From Camelus dromedarius (lineage: Eukaryota), in NCBI RefSeq assembly GCF_036321535.1, contig NC_087436.1:113772001-113836000 (forward strand): a DNA stretch of 64,000 bases. The letters are read 5' to 3'. A program made the translations under genes and the position numbers. The notes below the pieces were generated by a model. The model saw nothing but the letters and a program-made list of their open reading frames with translations, was not told the DNA's origin and made no database searches. Position 1 is the stretch's first letter, and each line of letters starts with the position of its first letter. Of this stretch, positions 12,780-25,130 are shown piece by piece.

Positions 12780-13150
12780 TCCTTTATCCATTCCTTTTCA
12801 ATTCTTCCAGGCTCCAGCTCTAGCCCACACTTCACCTTTCAGAAACACATCCTGTGTCTAACTCCATCTTTATGTCTGTGCTGTTTCTTCTACCAGGAAT
12901 GTGTTTGCCACCTTGGACACCTTGGAGAAATGTCATAACATCCAGGAAGTTTTGCTGGGTTAGATGCTCCTCTTCTGTGCTTATTGTAGTTCATGTGTCA
13001 CAATGTAATATAATTTTCCAGTGATGGCTTTTTTTTCATCTTTTAGTGAATGAATCTCAAAGAGCAGAGATTGTTACTCATCTTTGTATTTTAAGTACTT
13101 TGCCTAGTTTCTGGACCTAGTAAGTTCTCAATAAATGTTTATTAAATGCA
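12780..13150 (+). mobile_element. L2 3' fragment
   Basis: TGCCTAGTTTCTGGACCTAGTAAGTTCTCAATAAATGTTTATTAAATG terminus. Confidence 0.7.
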
Positions 13151-14924
13151 TGTACATATGAACATTTTAATAATTTTTATCAAAGGCTAAATGTGTGTCC
13201 ACATTTGTAGCATTTTCACAACCAAATTTATCTAACCTTCAAAATGTCTATAAAAGATGAATACTGCCTTTCTGATGAGGAACTTGAGTCTCAAAAAAAT
13301 ATAGATAATTTTCTCGAAGTCCAAGCAGTGACCAAAGACTGAATGCAGTGTTTAAACCTAACATTTTGCTTGTTCAGAGCTATGCACAGGACTATGAAAA
13401 TGGGTTCTCTGTCCAAGCAAGTTTCTATTGTTGTTTTTTATCCTTTCATTCTAGTAATTTCCTTATGCTGATTGGCCCCAAAAGAATGATGTGTTTGTTG
13501 ATGTGTTTACTTAAATACCTTCTCTCTCCAGCACTAGTTTTTAAGTCCATTTCCTCCAGGACTCGATTGAAAGAGCACAGCCTTTGCCTGTTGTGGTCAT
13601 TGATGTACTACCAGCACCTAGCAGAGTGCCCAGCTCAGAGCAAACCCCCTAAATCAAGGCAAATCCTATTTATGCCCCCCTCATTTTTTTTTCCTTCTAA
13701 AACACAATACCATTTCTAGCATGAGTGGGAACATCATGCAAAAAAACCTTAAGCCAAACTGAGCCCAAATATTTTTTCCTCCAATTTCACCAACTACTCT
13801 AAGAAAGACATTTAATGTCACCTTTTTCTTCTATAAAATGGTGCTAACAAAGTCTAAATGTCACAGCTAGTATTAGAAACCCATTAAAATAATCAATGTA
13901 AAGTGATCAACCTGAGTTCCAGAAAATTCTTCTTGCTCGATCCCTTCGAGGTTGTTTCATCCGCATATTACATTTAATGTGGGAAGAGATTTCACTTAAA
14001 TTGTGAAAACAAAATTGTCATTTTAAAGGAAAAAAAACATAGTGTGGATTAAATTTATCTGAAAGAAGTTCTAGCCTTTCAGCTGAATTCATGAAATGAA
14101 CATTACCACAGTTCTTTGCCTGTGTTCTTGCTAGGATTTGTAAAAAGTGGGAACTTTTTAAAAAGAAGAAAATAATTCCAGCTGGCTCAGATTTATAAGT
14201 TGAAGGAAATGCATGTCAAGAACATATGGCAATTCATTTCGCAAACATGTATGGGGTATCTATTATATGCATAGTGCAGTAATATGTACTGGAAGATGAA
14301 AAAATGTGATAAGTTGTTCCTCACCCAAGGGCAATTTACCATGCCTGGAAAAAGTCTGTGTTTTGCACTAACTTTCTACATGATTTGAGGGAAATATATA
14401 TTCTCTTGACTTTAGCTTTTACATTTGCAGGACAAAAAAAAAATAATAATTTCCAGGTCACCTTCACAAAATGATGGAGAATTCCGAGGGAGATATACAT
14501 GAAAGAACCAGTCAACCATACATACAACTAATATTAACTGAGTGCCTTCTGTGTTATAAATAGTGGCAGTACAAGGGTTGACCATGCATACAAGTGTCTA
14601 TCCTAATTGATTTTATATGCTTTAGGAGTTGGAAAGGACCTGGGAAATCATGAGAGCTGCACAAATGCTCGGGCACTAGAAGAATTTAGCAAGGCTACAA
14701 CAGAGTGGTGATAGCTGTACCGGCAGTGCTCATTCATTTGCTGGATTTTGTTGAGGGCCCATCATGGAAGAACATTTCATTAACAAAAACCCCACTCTTC
14801 AAGTAAATAGCATTAATTTCTCAATTTAGCATTTAGTTTTCACAGTCCAGGTTCCTTTGAGCTTGTCTAATATTTAGGATGGTTAAAATGAGCCTTCTGA
14901 GAATTATTCAAAACTAGTAGGACT

Positions 14925-16012
14925 TAATATGATACACTTCAGGTCCATCCATGTTGCTGCAAATAAGAAATGTCTACTTATGTCTCCTGTCCATTTTTTA
15001 TTTTTATTTTTTGATATTAAGCTGTATGAGCTGTTTGTATATTTTAGAAATTAGTCCCTTATTGGTAGCACTGTTTGCAAATATATTCTCCCAGTTGGTA
15101 GGTTGTCTTTTTTGTTTGTTTATGGTTCTTTTGCTGTGCAAAAGCTTCATATTAGGTGAAGGAAGTCAGACAGAGAAAGACAAATATCATATATTCCGTT
15201 GTGTATATATATGTATGTGTGTATGTGTGTGTATACACACCACATCTTCTTTATCTAGTCATCTGTCAAAAGACTTTTAAGTTACTTCCACACCATGGCT
15301 ATTATAAATAGTGCCTATGTGAATGTGCCTATGTATATTTTTGAGTTAGAGTTTTCTCCAGATATATGCCCAGGAGTGGGATTGCATGGTGATATAGTAA
15401 GTTTATTTTTAGTTTTTTAAAGAACAGCCATACTGATCTCCATAGTGGCTGTACCAATTTACATTCCCACCAATAGCATAGGAGGGTTCCTTTTTATCCA
15501 TACCCTTTCCAGGATTTATTATTTGTAGACTTTTTAATGATGGCTATTCTGATTGGTGTGAGGTGTAATACTACCTCATTGTAGTTTTGATTTGCATTTC
15601 TCATACAGAGAGAGACAAATATCATATCATTTATATGAGGAATCTAAAAAAAGAAATTAACTTATTTATAAACCAGAAATAGACTCACAGGCATAGAAAC
15701 CAACTTATGGTTACTAAAGGGAAAGCAAAGGTGAGGGAGAAATAAACTAGGAGCTTAGGATTAACATATACACATTACTATATATAAAATAGATTAACAA
15801 CAAGGACCTACTATATAGCACAGGGAACTATATTCACTATTTTATAATAATCTATAATGGAAAAGTATTTGAAAAAGAATATACATATATAAACTGAATC
15901 ACTTTGCTGTACACCTGAAACTAACACAACATTGTAAATTAAGTGTACTTCAAAAAGAAAGATTAAAAAAAAACTAAAAACAAAAACAAAAACAATTATA
16001 GAGCACCTAAAA
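14925..16012 (+). mobile_element. Rearranged L1 3' insertion with inverted and scrambled 5' segments, A-rich tail and TSD
   Basis: TSD AAAACTAGTAGGACT (14910-14924) / AAAACCTAGTAAGACT (16013-16028). Sense 3' end 15602-15995; antisense ORF2-end blocks upstream. Confidence 0.9.
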
Positions 16013-17646
16013 AAAACCTAGTAAGACTATTAGCACTGACGATTTTAATAGAAAAACTCAATCTTTTATATTATGAAGGGTCATCAAAGCACAGTTCTTT
16101 AGGCTTATGGACTCAGCCTAAATATTGTCAAATATGCTTCCCGGACTGTTCTTGAGACTGAAGCCAAATTGGGAGTATTTATCAAACTACAGACATTTCT
16201 CCTCAACTTAAATTTCAGTTAATTTTGCTTTGCAACAGATGGTTTTATGAATCAGCTATCTAATAATTTAACAATGACCTTGCTCATTTACACCCTGACG
16301 TATTTCCATATTGGACCTCCTATGTAGGCAAAATTTAGTCTCTAACATGTGAAGTATAAGAATGCTGAAAATAGGCCTTTTGTTGAATTAATCATATTTC
16401 CTGCACCCTATATTCCCACAGCAATGTCTGCATAACTCTATCTCAAACGTTATCCCACTGAATTATAATAATCCATTTTCAATGTTTGCCATTCAAATCC
16501 TATTTTCACTGCTTACCATCTGTGCAGTCTCCTTCTCTTGCAACACAGTGATAATAATATGTCTCTCACAGGTTTGAGACCATGAAATAATACAGAGTGC
16601 CCAACAGAACAGTCACCAGAGCCATCTCTTTCTTTTATTGTTGTTGTTTCTCATAAAAATGCCTCTAGCTGAACCCTGTTGAATCTGGTAGGTCCTCCCC
16701 TGCAGTGGACCATCACCTCCAGTTAGCCGGGGCTGCTTAAGTGGTCAGTTTTTAAACTCAGCGATTCCGAACATAAACGCCAGGAGGAGCCAGCAATTTG
16801 GAACCACACCCATTTAAAAGGAGAGCTCTGGGTCTGGGACTAGGTTTGCCCACCCTCAAAGCTCAGTTCCAGGATAAGTCTGACACAGAGTTGAAACTTA
16901 ACAAATATTGTAAAGGGGTAAATAATTGTATATGATCACAAGATAAAGCAGATAAAATGTAATTCTAATGGTCATTTGACAAATTTAAGGGTGATGTATT
17001 TGAGAAACCAGGCTATGCTGGTACACTGTGCGTGTTGCATAATAACTGACAGTTTACCAAACCCATTCATCTCTGATGTAAAGTTCACTGTGAAAACCAA
17101 GCTCATGATTCTTTTCTTTGTTTATTTTTGCAACTTGGAAGTCAAGCATGCTTATTATCTTTAAAAGAAGAATAATTTAACACCTACGTTAGTTTTATTA
17201 ACTTAGTAAAAGGAACCCTGTGCTTAGTGCTAGATCTACGTTTGAAATTTACTGATTTGCAAGGTGGTTCCTGGCATGTTATTTGGAAGGAGAGAAATGT
17301 ATGAGGGGAATATGGGGTTAATTTTAAAGACCAAGAATCAAATATCCCTAAGTATCAGTTTCCTCATTTATAAATAGCATTAGTAATTCCTGCCTCATCA
17401 GCTTATTAGAAGGACTAAATAAAATACTGCCTTGTAAAAGACAGCAGGCACTAAATAATTTATCCCTCTTTCCAAGGATAACTGCCTACCTTTACAATAT
17501 AAGGTTAATATTTCTATCATAGCATTATGGAGATTGAAGTAATGTATGCAAAGTAAATTTAAAAAAATAAATTGTTACTAAAATAGGCTATTAATAAAAT
17601 AAAAATTATTAATAGAGCTGAAAATATTTTATTCCAAATGCTTTAA

Positions 17647-17762
17647 TTTTTTTGTGGGGAGAATTAGGTTTATTTATTTATTTTAATAGTGGTACTAGGG
17701 ATTGAATCCAGGACCTCTTACATGCTAGGCAGGCCCTCTACCACTGAACTATACCCCTTCCC
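17647..17762 (-). mobile_element. tRNA-derived SINE (camelid vic-1-like)
   Basis: Minus strand GGGGTATAGTTCAGTGGTAGAG (A box)...GGATTCAATCCC (B box)...AAATAAATAAATAAACC tail. TSD ATTCCAAATGCTTTAA / ATTCCAAATATTTTAA. Confidence 0.88.
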
Positions 17763-18206
17763 AATTCCAAATATTTTAAAGGCTTTCTTTAAAGAAACAT
17801 AAGAAAAATGTTTTTGACGAAATTAGTTGAAAAAATTAAAATAAGACAAGCCTAAAATTAGACTCTGCACTATTTTTAGAGCCTACAAAACATGTGTTCT
17901 GACTGACGGGGTCTGTGCCAATTCTTTACCTGGTGGAATTACCTACCATTTCTCTTGTTTAAATAATATAGGAGAACAGATCTTACTGCTGAGTAAATGA
18001 TACTTAATGTAGTCAACAGGACACTCTTGAAGGAGCAGAATTTTTAAACTTTTCCTACTATGAGGATATTATTTACTAAGTTATTCTTCTAGAGCTCCAA
18101 TTAGTAGAAGCCTTAAAGAATCTCCACTGTCTGCAAAGCATGGGATAGCAGATTAGTTGCTGGTGGCCTCTAACATTCAACATTACAGTCACATCTCACT
18201 TAAAGG

Positions 18207-18350
18207 CAATGGACTGCTTTTCAGCCATAAAAAACGACAACATAACGCCATTTGCAGCAACATGGATGTCCCAGGAGAACATCATTCTAAGTGAAGTAAG
18301 CCAGAAAAAGAAAGAAAAATACCGTATGAGATCGCTCATATGTGGAATCT
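18207..18350 (+). mobile_element. Young L1 internal fragment (ORF2 end) without a poly(A) tail
   Basis: CCATTTGCAGCAACATGGATG...CTAAGTGAAGTAAGCCAGAAA...CTCATATGTGGAATCTAAA, with CpGs retained and TAAAGG on both sides. Confidence 0.88.
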
Positions 18351-18722
18351 AAAGGTATACTTTTTGATAAAAGACATTTCTGCAAACAACTGAAAGCTGT
18401 ATGTTCAATTCAGTCACTAAACTTGGTTAAATATTTGAATGGAAACTCTATAAATTTTATATTTCTTGACTTTATTAACTAAAATAATATCAAATGTTGT
18501 GCTTTGTTGTAATTTAGAGTATTTTCATGAGCGTGAACAGTGAAAGCCTGTTTGCCTCCACACTAACTGCCCCCAGATTGCTGTGCTTAGAATGATGATG
18601 TTCAGTCCTTCTGTGTGTTTTGGCGTCTCTCTCTGGCAGGTCAGTTTTCAGCTTGTGCTGTCATGTCATCTGCCTCCAACCCTGCTGTATCTCTTGCTGC
18701 TACTCTTGCAGATCACTTAGAA

Positions 18723-18826
18723 TAGGGTGATTTTGGTCTGTCCTAGTCTTTTCTGGTTTTAGTTCTGAAAGTCCACATCCTGGGAAACCCTTCAGCTTGA
18801 GACACTGGATGCAGTTGGTACTCTGC
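18723..18826 (+). mobile_element. MER81-like hAT-Blackjack MITE
   Basis: TAGGGTGA...CTGGTTTTAGTTCTGAAAGTCCACATCCTGGGAAACCCTTCAG...AGTTGGTACTCTG. Confidence 0.7.
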
Positions 18827-19177
18827 TTACAAGCTGCCACCTAGTAAAACCGAGATTAGAGCATGTTAGAAGTCATCGTAGGGGATGGAATTTGGACAAG
18901 AGCCCAAGGGCTTCCTTCACAAATAATTAATGAACTTTGGCACATGTATTGTTACTGTTATTTTAAGACCTTTTTTTCCCATATACATCTTCAGTTTGTT
19001 TGTGTGTTGTGGAGGTTATACTATATAGATTACTTCTCTCTCTAGCTGAGGGAGCTGTGGCCCATATGATTTTAACTTACTCTAAGTGGTTGGAGTCTGC
19101 TACCAATTGTTTAGATGTGCCTAGATAGTGTCCACACAGTGACGAACACCCGATTTAATGAGTTCAGAAACAATCAG

Positions 19178-19590
19178 TCCTGTCATTTTGACAACATGGA
19201 TGAACCTGGAAGATACTATGCTAAATGAAGCAAGTCAGTCACAGAAGGACACATCCTGCATGATTCCAATTATATGAAGTACCTAAAACAGTCAAACTCA
19301 TAGAAGCAAAAACCAGGGGATGGGGGAAATGCGGAGTTATTCAACTGGTATACCAAGTTGTCGCTATGCATATGAATTAATTTTAGAGATACAGCATGGC
19401 ATCTATAGTCAACAATTCTGTATTGTGCGCTTAAAACTTTGTTAAGTGCTGTGTCCTTACAACAAAACAAAACATAAAGAAACCAAACCATATGTCCAAA
19501 CTCACCAAATTTTATACATTAACTATTTGCAGTTTTTAGTACATCAGTCATACCTCAACAAAACCATTTAAAAGAAAGGGCAAGAAAAAA
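19178..19590 (+). mobile_element. L1MB-like 3' end
   Basis: GACAACATGGATGAACCTGGAAGA...GTCAAACTCATAGAAGCA...ATACCTCAACAAAA. Possible TSD AATCAGTCCT / AATCAGCCT. Confidence 0.85.
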
Positions 19591-19889
19591 ATCAGCCTAC
19601 TCATGTGATTGCTTCCAAGTGTGTTGCGAGTCCAGGTAGGAGGTATATCTTATAAGCGTGACTATGGTTTCTAGAAATGTTTCCCTCGTGTAAAATGAAT
19701 GAGTGCATGTGTACACATCAGCAGTAGCTGGAAAGCCTCATGCGTTCTTCCCTGGCCTGCATATGAATCTTGATTCTGGGACTATTTAACTGAGAAGCCT
19801 TAGGAAAATTACTTAACATTTTTTATACTTAGTCTTTGAAATCCTCCCATAAGGACTTAATGAGGTAACATGTGGGGGAAGACATGAAG

Positions 19890-20417
19890 GCCTGCTGGCT
19901 TGTGTTCCCTCGACCTTTCCCTTTCCTCTCCTACTACTCATGTCATTAAAGATTCTTTTTTACAGCACTCCAGCCACTCTGGTTTCCTTGATTTCCTTGA
20001 GCACATCAAGTGCACCTCTCCCTCAGAACTTGATGTTTCGATCAGTGTGGAATGTTTTTCCTTCAGAAATCCACATGATACACTCTCTCATGTATATCAT
20101 AAGTCAGCTCAAAATTCAGCTTATTCAGTGGTCTTCCTCAAGTACTTTCTCCATAGTGCTTTTCACATGATGTTTTATACATAATATGCACATACATGGA
20201 TGTAGGTATGTATGTATCTGTGTCTATGATTTGTCTTTCCCTGCTAGTCAGGGTTTTTTCATTTTTCTTTTTTTTCCCTTTCTTTCTTTCATTCTTTCTT
20301 TTTTTTTTTATTAGTGTATTCTCAGTGCCTAGAATTTTTCCAGGCATATAAATAGAAACTCATTTAGTCTTTGTTAAATAAATAATGAATGAGTGAGTGA
20401 ATAAATGAATGAATGAA
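19890..20417 (+). mobile_element. L2a-like 3' end
   Basis: CTCCAGCCACTCTGG...CAGTGCCTAGAA...CAGGCATATA...(TGAA)n tail. Confidence 0.85.
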
Positions 20418-20419
20418 AG

Positions 20420-20900
20420 TTTTCATCATGAATGGATGTTAAATTCTGTTAAATGCTTTTTTCTGCATCTATGGAGATGATCATGTCATTTTTATTCCTA
20501 TTGTTTATGTGATGTATCACATTGATTGGCTTATGGATATTGAGCTATCCTTGTGTAACTGGAATGAATCCAACTTGATCATGATGTATGATTTTTTTTA
20601 TGTATTGTTCAATTTGATTTGCTAATATTTTGTGGTGGAGTTTTGCATCTATATTCATCAGAGATATTAGCCTGTAATTTATCTTTTCCTTTTTTTTTTT
20701 TTTCTTAGTGTCTTTGTCTGGTTTTGGTTATGTCATGGTAATGCTGGGCATGTAGAATAAGTTTAGGAATGTTTCCTCCCCTTCAGTTTTTTTAAAATAG
20801 TTTGAGAAGGAAAGGTATTAACTCTTCTCTAAGTGTTTGATAGAATTCCCCTATGAAGCTGTCCAGTCCTGGACATTTGTTTGTTAGAAATTTCTGAATG
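20420..20900 (-). mobile_element. L1 ORF2 (reverse transcriptase region) fragment
   Basis: ATGAATGGATGTTAAATT...AAATGCTTTTTTCTGCATCTATGGAGATGATCATG...TTTGCATCTATATTCATCAGAGATATT. Confidence 0.9.
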
Positions 20901-21039
20901 CAGGAATAGAGGTTGCAAGAGAAATTGACATTAGAGTAAACTCTATAGACTAGCCTATAGATTAGTGTATTTGAGGAAAATCACCATCCTTGCATTTGCA
21001 TTTGGGATGTTGAGATAAAAATTACAAGCAAAGATGAGC

Positions 21040-21250
21040 AAAGAATCAGGTGTGACTGTAATGATTCTGACTTTTTCCACTCATTCACCTTACATAAATT
21101 ATACTGCCTGTTCTGAATCTCAGCCTCAACTGACTATAGGAAGACATATTCCTGTTTGGCTTATCTCACAGAACTGCTATGTGGATCAAATTAAAAATAA
21201 AAAATGCAAAAATGCCTTGACAAAGTAAAGTGCTATATAAAAATGATATG
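21040..21250 (+). mobile_element. MIR SINE (decayed)
   Basis: TCTGAATCTCAG...TATCTCACAGAACTGCTATGTGGATCAAAT...GTAAAGTGCTATATAAA. Confidence 0.6.
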
Positions 21251-21699
21251 AACATTGTGAGCATTATGTGTTTAAACCAGAGTCCTCTAAATTGGACTAG
21301 ACATGATTGAAATATTTGAATTTCTCTTTCCACTTAAGGTTTTATTTCATTCTTCTGTAGGTCTTTTTTAATGTTTATTTCATGAATTGTATTCTATATA
21401 CAAAGTTGTATTTGTTTATAACTTATAGATGAACAAACATGGGTGTATTTGCAGTATATGTTCAAAATTTTTTTCCTGATGGAATGTGCAAACAAAAAAA
21501 AAATCAGAGAGCATAGTTTTAAATGATAGTGACCATTAAAAGTGTGTTTTTATCTAGACTGACTGGAGATTTAATTTATTTAATAGATACACACTTACAC
21601 TCAATATGTGATATGTACCTGACATTATTTTAAACACTTTCCAAATATTGGCTTGTACAGTATGAATGGAAAACCGCAAATGTAAAATAGGATTTCTCT

Positions 21700-21900
21700 T
21701 AAACTATATATTCTCAGTGGGGGTAGTGATATTGCTCCCAAGGGAGTAAATATTGGTTCTTGGTGGGAGAGAGAGCAGCTCTTACTCTTTTTACGCATAA
21801 AGCACAGATATACAAACAGTACATACTTATATACAATACATCTGTGATATTGACATTTCATGGGGTTAGGAAAACAACATCTGGAAAAACTCTTTAGGAT
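21700..21900. mobile_element. hAT-Charlie-type DNA transposon remnant (MER20B-like)
   Basis: TTCTCAGTGGGGGTAGTGATATTGCTCCCAAGGGAGTAAATATTGGTTCTTGG resembles a Charlie-family terminus. Confidence 0.5.
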
Positions 21901-23091
21901 TATTAATGATAAAAATAGAAATAAATGGTGAAACACAGTCCCAGAAACTGAAGTGACATAGGTTATTTTCAAAAGGTGATATGCCTCAAGAAAGTTATGT
22001 AGAAGCATTTAAAATGGAACCAAATTGTGTAGATGCTTCAACATTGCACAATATTTACAACAGAGAAATTCTAGCTTGTGATTTACTTGGAAGAAGAGAG
22101 GAACAAAGATAAAAATCTGAAAATTGTTGACTTCTGGGTCAACAATAAAACACTCCAAAATGGCAAGCACTGCTGACATGGATAATAAGTTGTACTTACT
22201 AGTGATCATTTAGAGTTTTGAGAAGCTTGTAATACATAAAATCATTGGATATCTACACAGATTTTTGAGGTAGTTTTCATTGGCTTTGTATTTTATAAAT
22301 GAGGAAAATATCGCTTTGGGAAGTTAGGTAGGAGAACCCAAACCCCATTCTTTTAGCTTCAAAATGTCATTGTCTTTCTCAGTAAAAGCAAACATTTAAA
22401 ATAGTTTATTTTTTGAGAATGTACCATAACTTTTTAACATCAACACTTGGGTTATATTCTCTGAGACAATATAATTTGTTCATTATAATTTAGAACATTT
22501 ACTTCTTTCTGCCATGCATTATATTTCAACACAGTATATTTTCATACAGTAACAATAACATTATAATAGTATTGCTAATTTGAGCTCTTTTCCTTGAAGT
22601 AAGTGTTGAAATAATCTATAATTTTAATTAGAAAAGTCCTCTAAAGATGTTAACCTTTTTACTAAAACCAGGCCATCATTACCATTTCATGTTCATTTCA
22701 TAGACGATGTCTGCTGTACTCTACTGAGTAGCGTCTGGGGAAGTTGGTCCCTAACAGATGAGTGAAATTGAATCTCTGTCTCAGCACTAAGGCAGTGACA
22801 AGGTGGCTTGCTGAATGAATTCTCTACTTAAGTGTTTCTATTTTAACTGAGTTTCTTTAATAATTGGGAGATTAATTGAAGAAAATCAAAATATACCATT
22901 AGAGTTGAAATCAGTTGATGATGTACTGGGCAAACTTTACTTAGGCCACTGTGGTTTCTAGTTTTTCTTTTATTAATCAGTGTTTATAATTCTGAAGCTA
23001 AAGTAGGTATGGGATTGTTTCCTCTGATAGACTGGAAAGTTCTTGCAGCAAAGGTATATATCTTGTTTGTCTGATGGTCCCAGTATATATC

Positions 23092-23470
23092 TATATTAGT
23101 TTGATACAGCTGTCCTAATAACGTATCACAGACTGAGTGCCTCAAACAATAGACATGTATTTTCCAAGTTCTGGAAGTTAGCAGTCCAAGGTCAAGGTGT
23201 TGACAGTATTAGCTCCTTCTGAGCACTTTCTTTGTCTCCTGTAAATAAGCACTTTCTCCCTGTGTCTTTATGTGGCCGTTCTCTGTGTGTGTCTGTGTCC
23301 ACTTATTAGGCTATTAGTCATGTTGGATTAAAGACCACCCTATAAACCTCATTTGATTTTAATTGCCTTCTTAAATATCCTATCTCCAAATACAGTCACA
23401 TTCTGTGTTCCTGATGGTTGGGGCTTCAACCTATGATTTGAATTGTTTTTCAGTAATTCAACTTATAGCA
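23092..23470 (-). mobile_element. MLT1A-like MaLR solo LTR nested in an L2 3' end
   Basis: TATATTAGTTT...AGTTCTGGAAG...CCTATCTCCAAATACAGTCACATTCTG...ATAGCA. TSD ATATC/ATAGC. Confidence 0.9.
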
Positions 23471-23574
23471 ATAGCCTAGTACCTGGTTTATGGTACACTC
23501 TTAGTAAGTGGGCATTGATTGAATTACTTTCTTATACAAAACACCAAAGAATAGCAGGGGAGCTAAAGATTTTC

Positions 23575-24470
23575 ACTTTTCTTTAATAAGCCTAATTTGT
23601 GAAATATAATATGTATATGCATAAAACATATATTCAGCTTGATAAGTTATGAAAACATTGGCAACCTATGCAACTACCACAAGTCAAATATAAAATATTA
23701 CCAGTTCTTCTCAGACTCTGCCAGTAAATAATTCTTTCCTCCTCACCACCATCCTGACTTCTAACAACATAAATTAGTTTTGCCTGTTTTTGAACTTTAT
23801 ATAAATGGATTCATAGAGTCTATATTCCTTTGCATTGACTTATTTCACACCATATTATTTTTATGAGATTCATCCATATTGGTGCATGCAGTGGGAATTT
23901 GTTCATTTATATTACTATACAGTATTTCATACTATTAATATGCCATAATCTGTTTTGTCTATCTACTAATTATAAACAACAAGGTTGTTTCCAGTTAAAG
24001 GCTCCTATGAATAATGCTTGCTATGTACATGATTATACGTGACCTTTTAAAAACATATATACACATAACATAATCAGCATACACCTAAGAGAAAAATTGC
24101 TAAAACCTGGTAATTTTATGTTCAGTCTTGTAGCTGACTTTATTTTTTTTTTAATTTCCACCAACAATATAAGAGAGTTCCAGGAGCCCCATATCCTTAA
24201 CAGCAGTTGGTATTGTCGGTGTTTTTACGAGTAGGTGTGCAACATCTCATTGTGGCTTTTATTTGCATTTTTCAGATAATTTGTTAGGATGAGTGCATTT
24301 TCATGTAGTTACTGAAATCTGAATAACTTGTGAGGTATCTGTTGAAATCGCTCACCTATTTTTAGTTATCTTTCTTTTTCTTAGCAACTTGTAGGAGTTT
24401 TGTATATCTGAGATGTTAACCTTTTGTTGAAGGCATATCTTGCAAATATCTTCTCTGAGAGAAGATATTT
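23575..24470 (-). mobile_element. L1ME-like 3' end
   Basis: CCTGACTTCTAACAACATAAATTAGTTTTGCCTGTTTTTGAACTTTATATAAATGG...CTCATTGTGGCTTTTATTTGCATTT. Confidence 0.85.
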
Positions 24471-24639
24471 TTGTTTCATTTTAATAGCTCTTTTGGGATA
24501 TAGTGGACGTAAAGTAAATGGCACAATTTCAAATGAGTATACAACAGTGTAAATAGTACCACAATCGAGTGAGTCTCAAAGTCCCTTGGTAATCCCGCCT
24601 CCTGCTACTCCTTGCCCTGTTCAGTCTATATATTTTCAT

Positions 24640-25130
24640 CTAACCTTTTCATCTTCCAGCTCACTAATTTCTTGTTATGTGGGTTTTATGTGCTGTTAAG
24701 GGTTTTTTGACCATGGCACTACTGGCATTTTGGACTGAAGAACTCTTTGTTTTGTGGGGCTGCCCTGTGTGTTGAAGGGTGTTCAATAGTATCACTAGTC
24801 TCTACCCACAAGAGGCCAGTGGCATCTCCCAAATGGTACAACCCAAATTGTCTCCAAACATTACCACACGTCTTTTGGGGGGCAAAATCATCCCTGGTTG
24901 AGAAACACAAAACATACCCATTGGGTTCATAATTTTAGTTATTGCATTGTTACCTTCTAGAATTTCCATGCAAGTCTCTCTTTTTATACTTTTAAATTCT
25001 CTGCTCATTCTTTCTGTTTGTTTTAATTCTATTTCATTCATGTATGATAAGTTATTATAAAATACATGTCTGAAAACTCCAGTATCAGGATCTCCAAGGG
25101 TTCTTTTTCTATTGTATCTTTGTTTTTCAG
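24640..25130 (-). mobile_element. L1 ORF1-region fragment split by MER20
   Basis: Minus-frame translation MEILEGNNAITKIMNPMG resembles the L1 ORF1p coiled-coil (MEILELKNTITEIKNS). Confidence 0.65.
24698..24908 (-). mobile_element. MER20 hAT-Charlie DNA transposon
   Basis: GGCACTACTGGCATTTTGGACTG...GGGGCTGCCCTGTG...GGGGGCAAAATCATCCCTGGTTGAGAAACAC. Confidence 0.92.
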
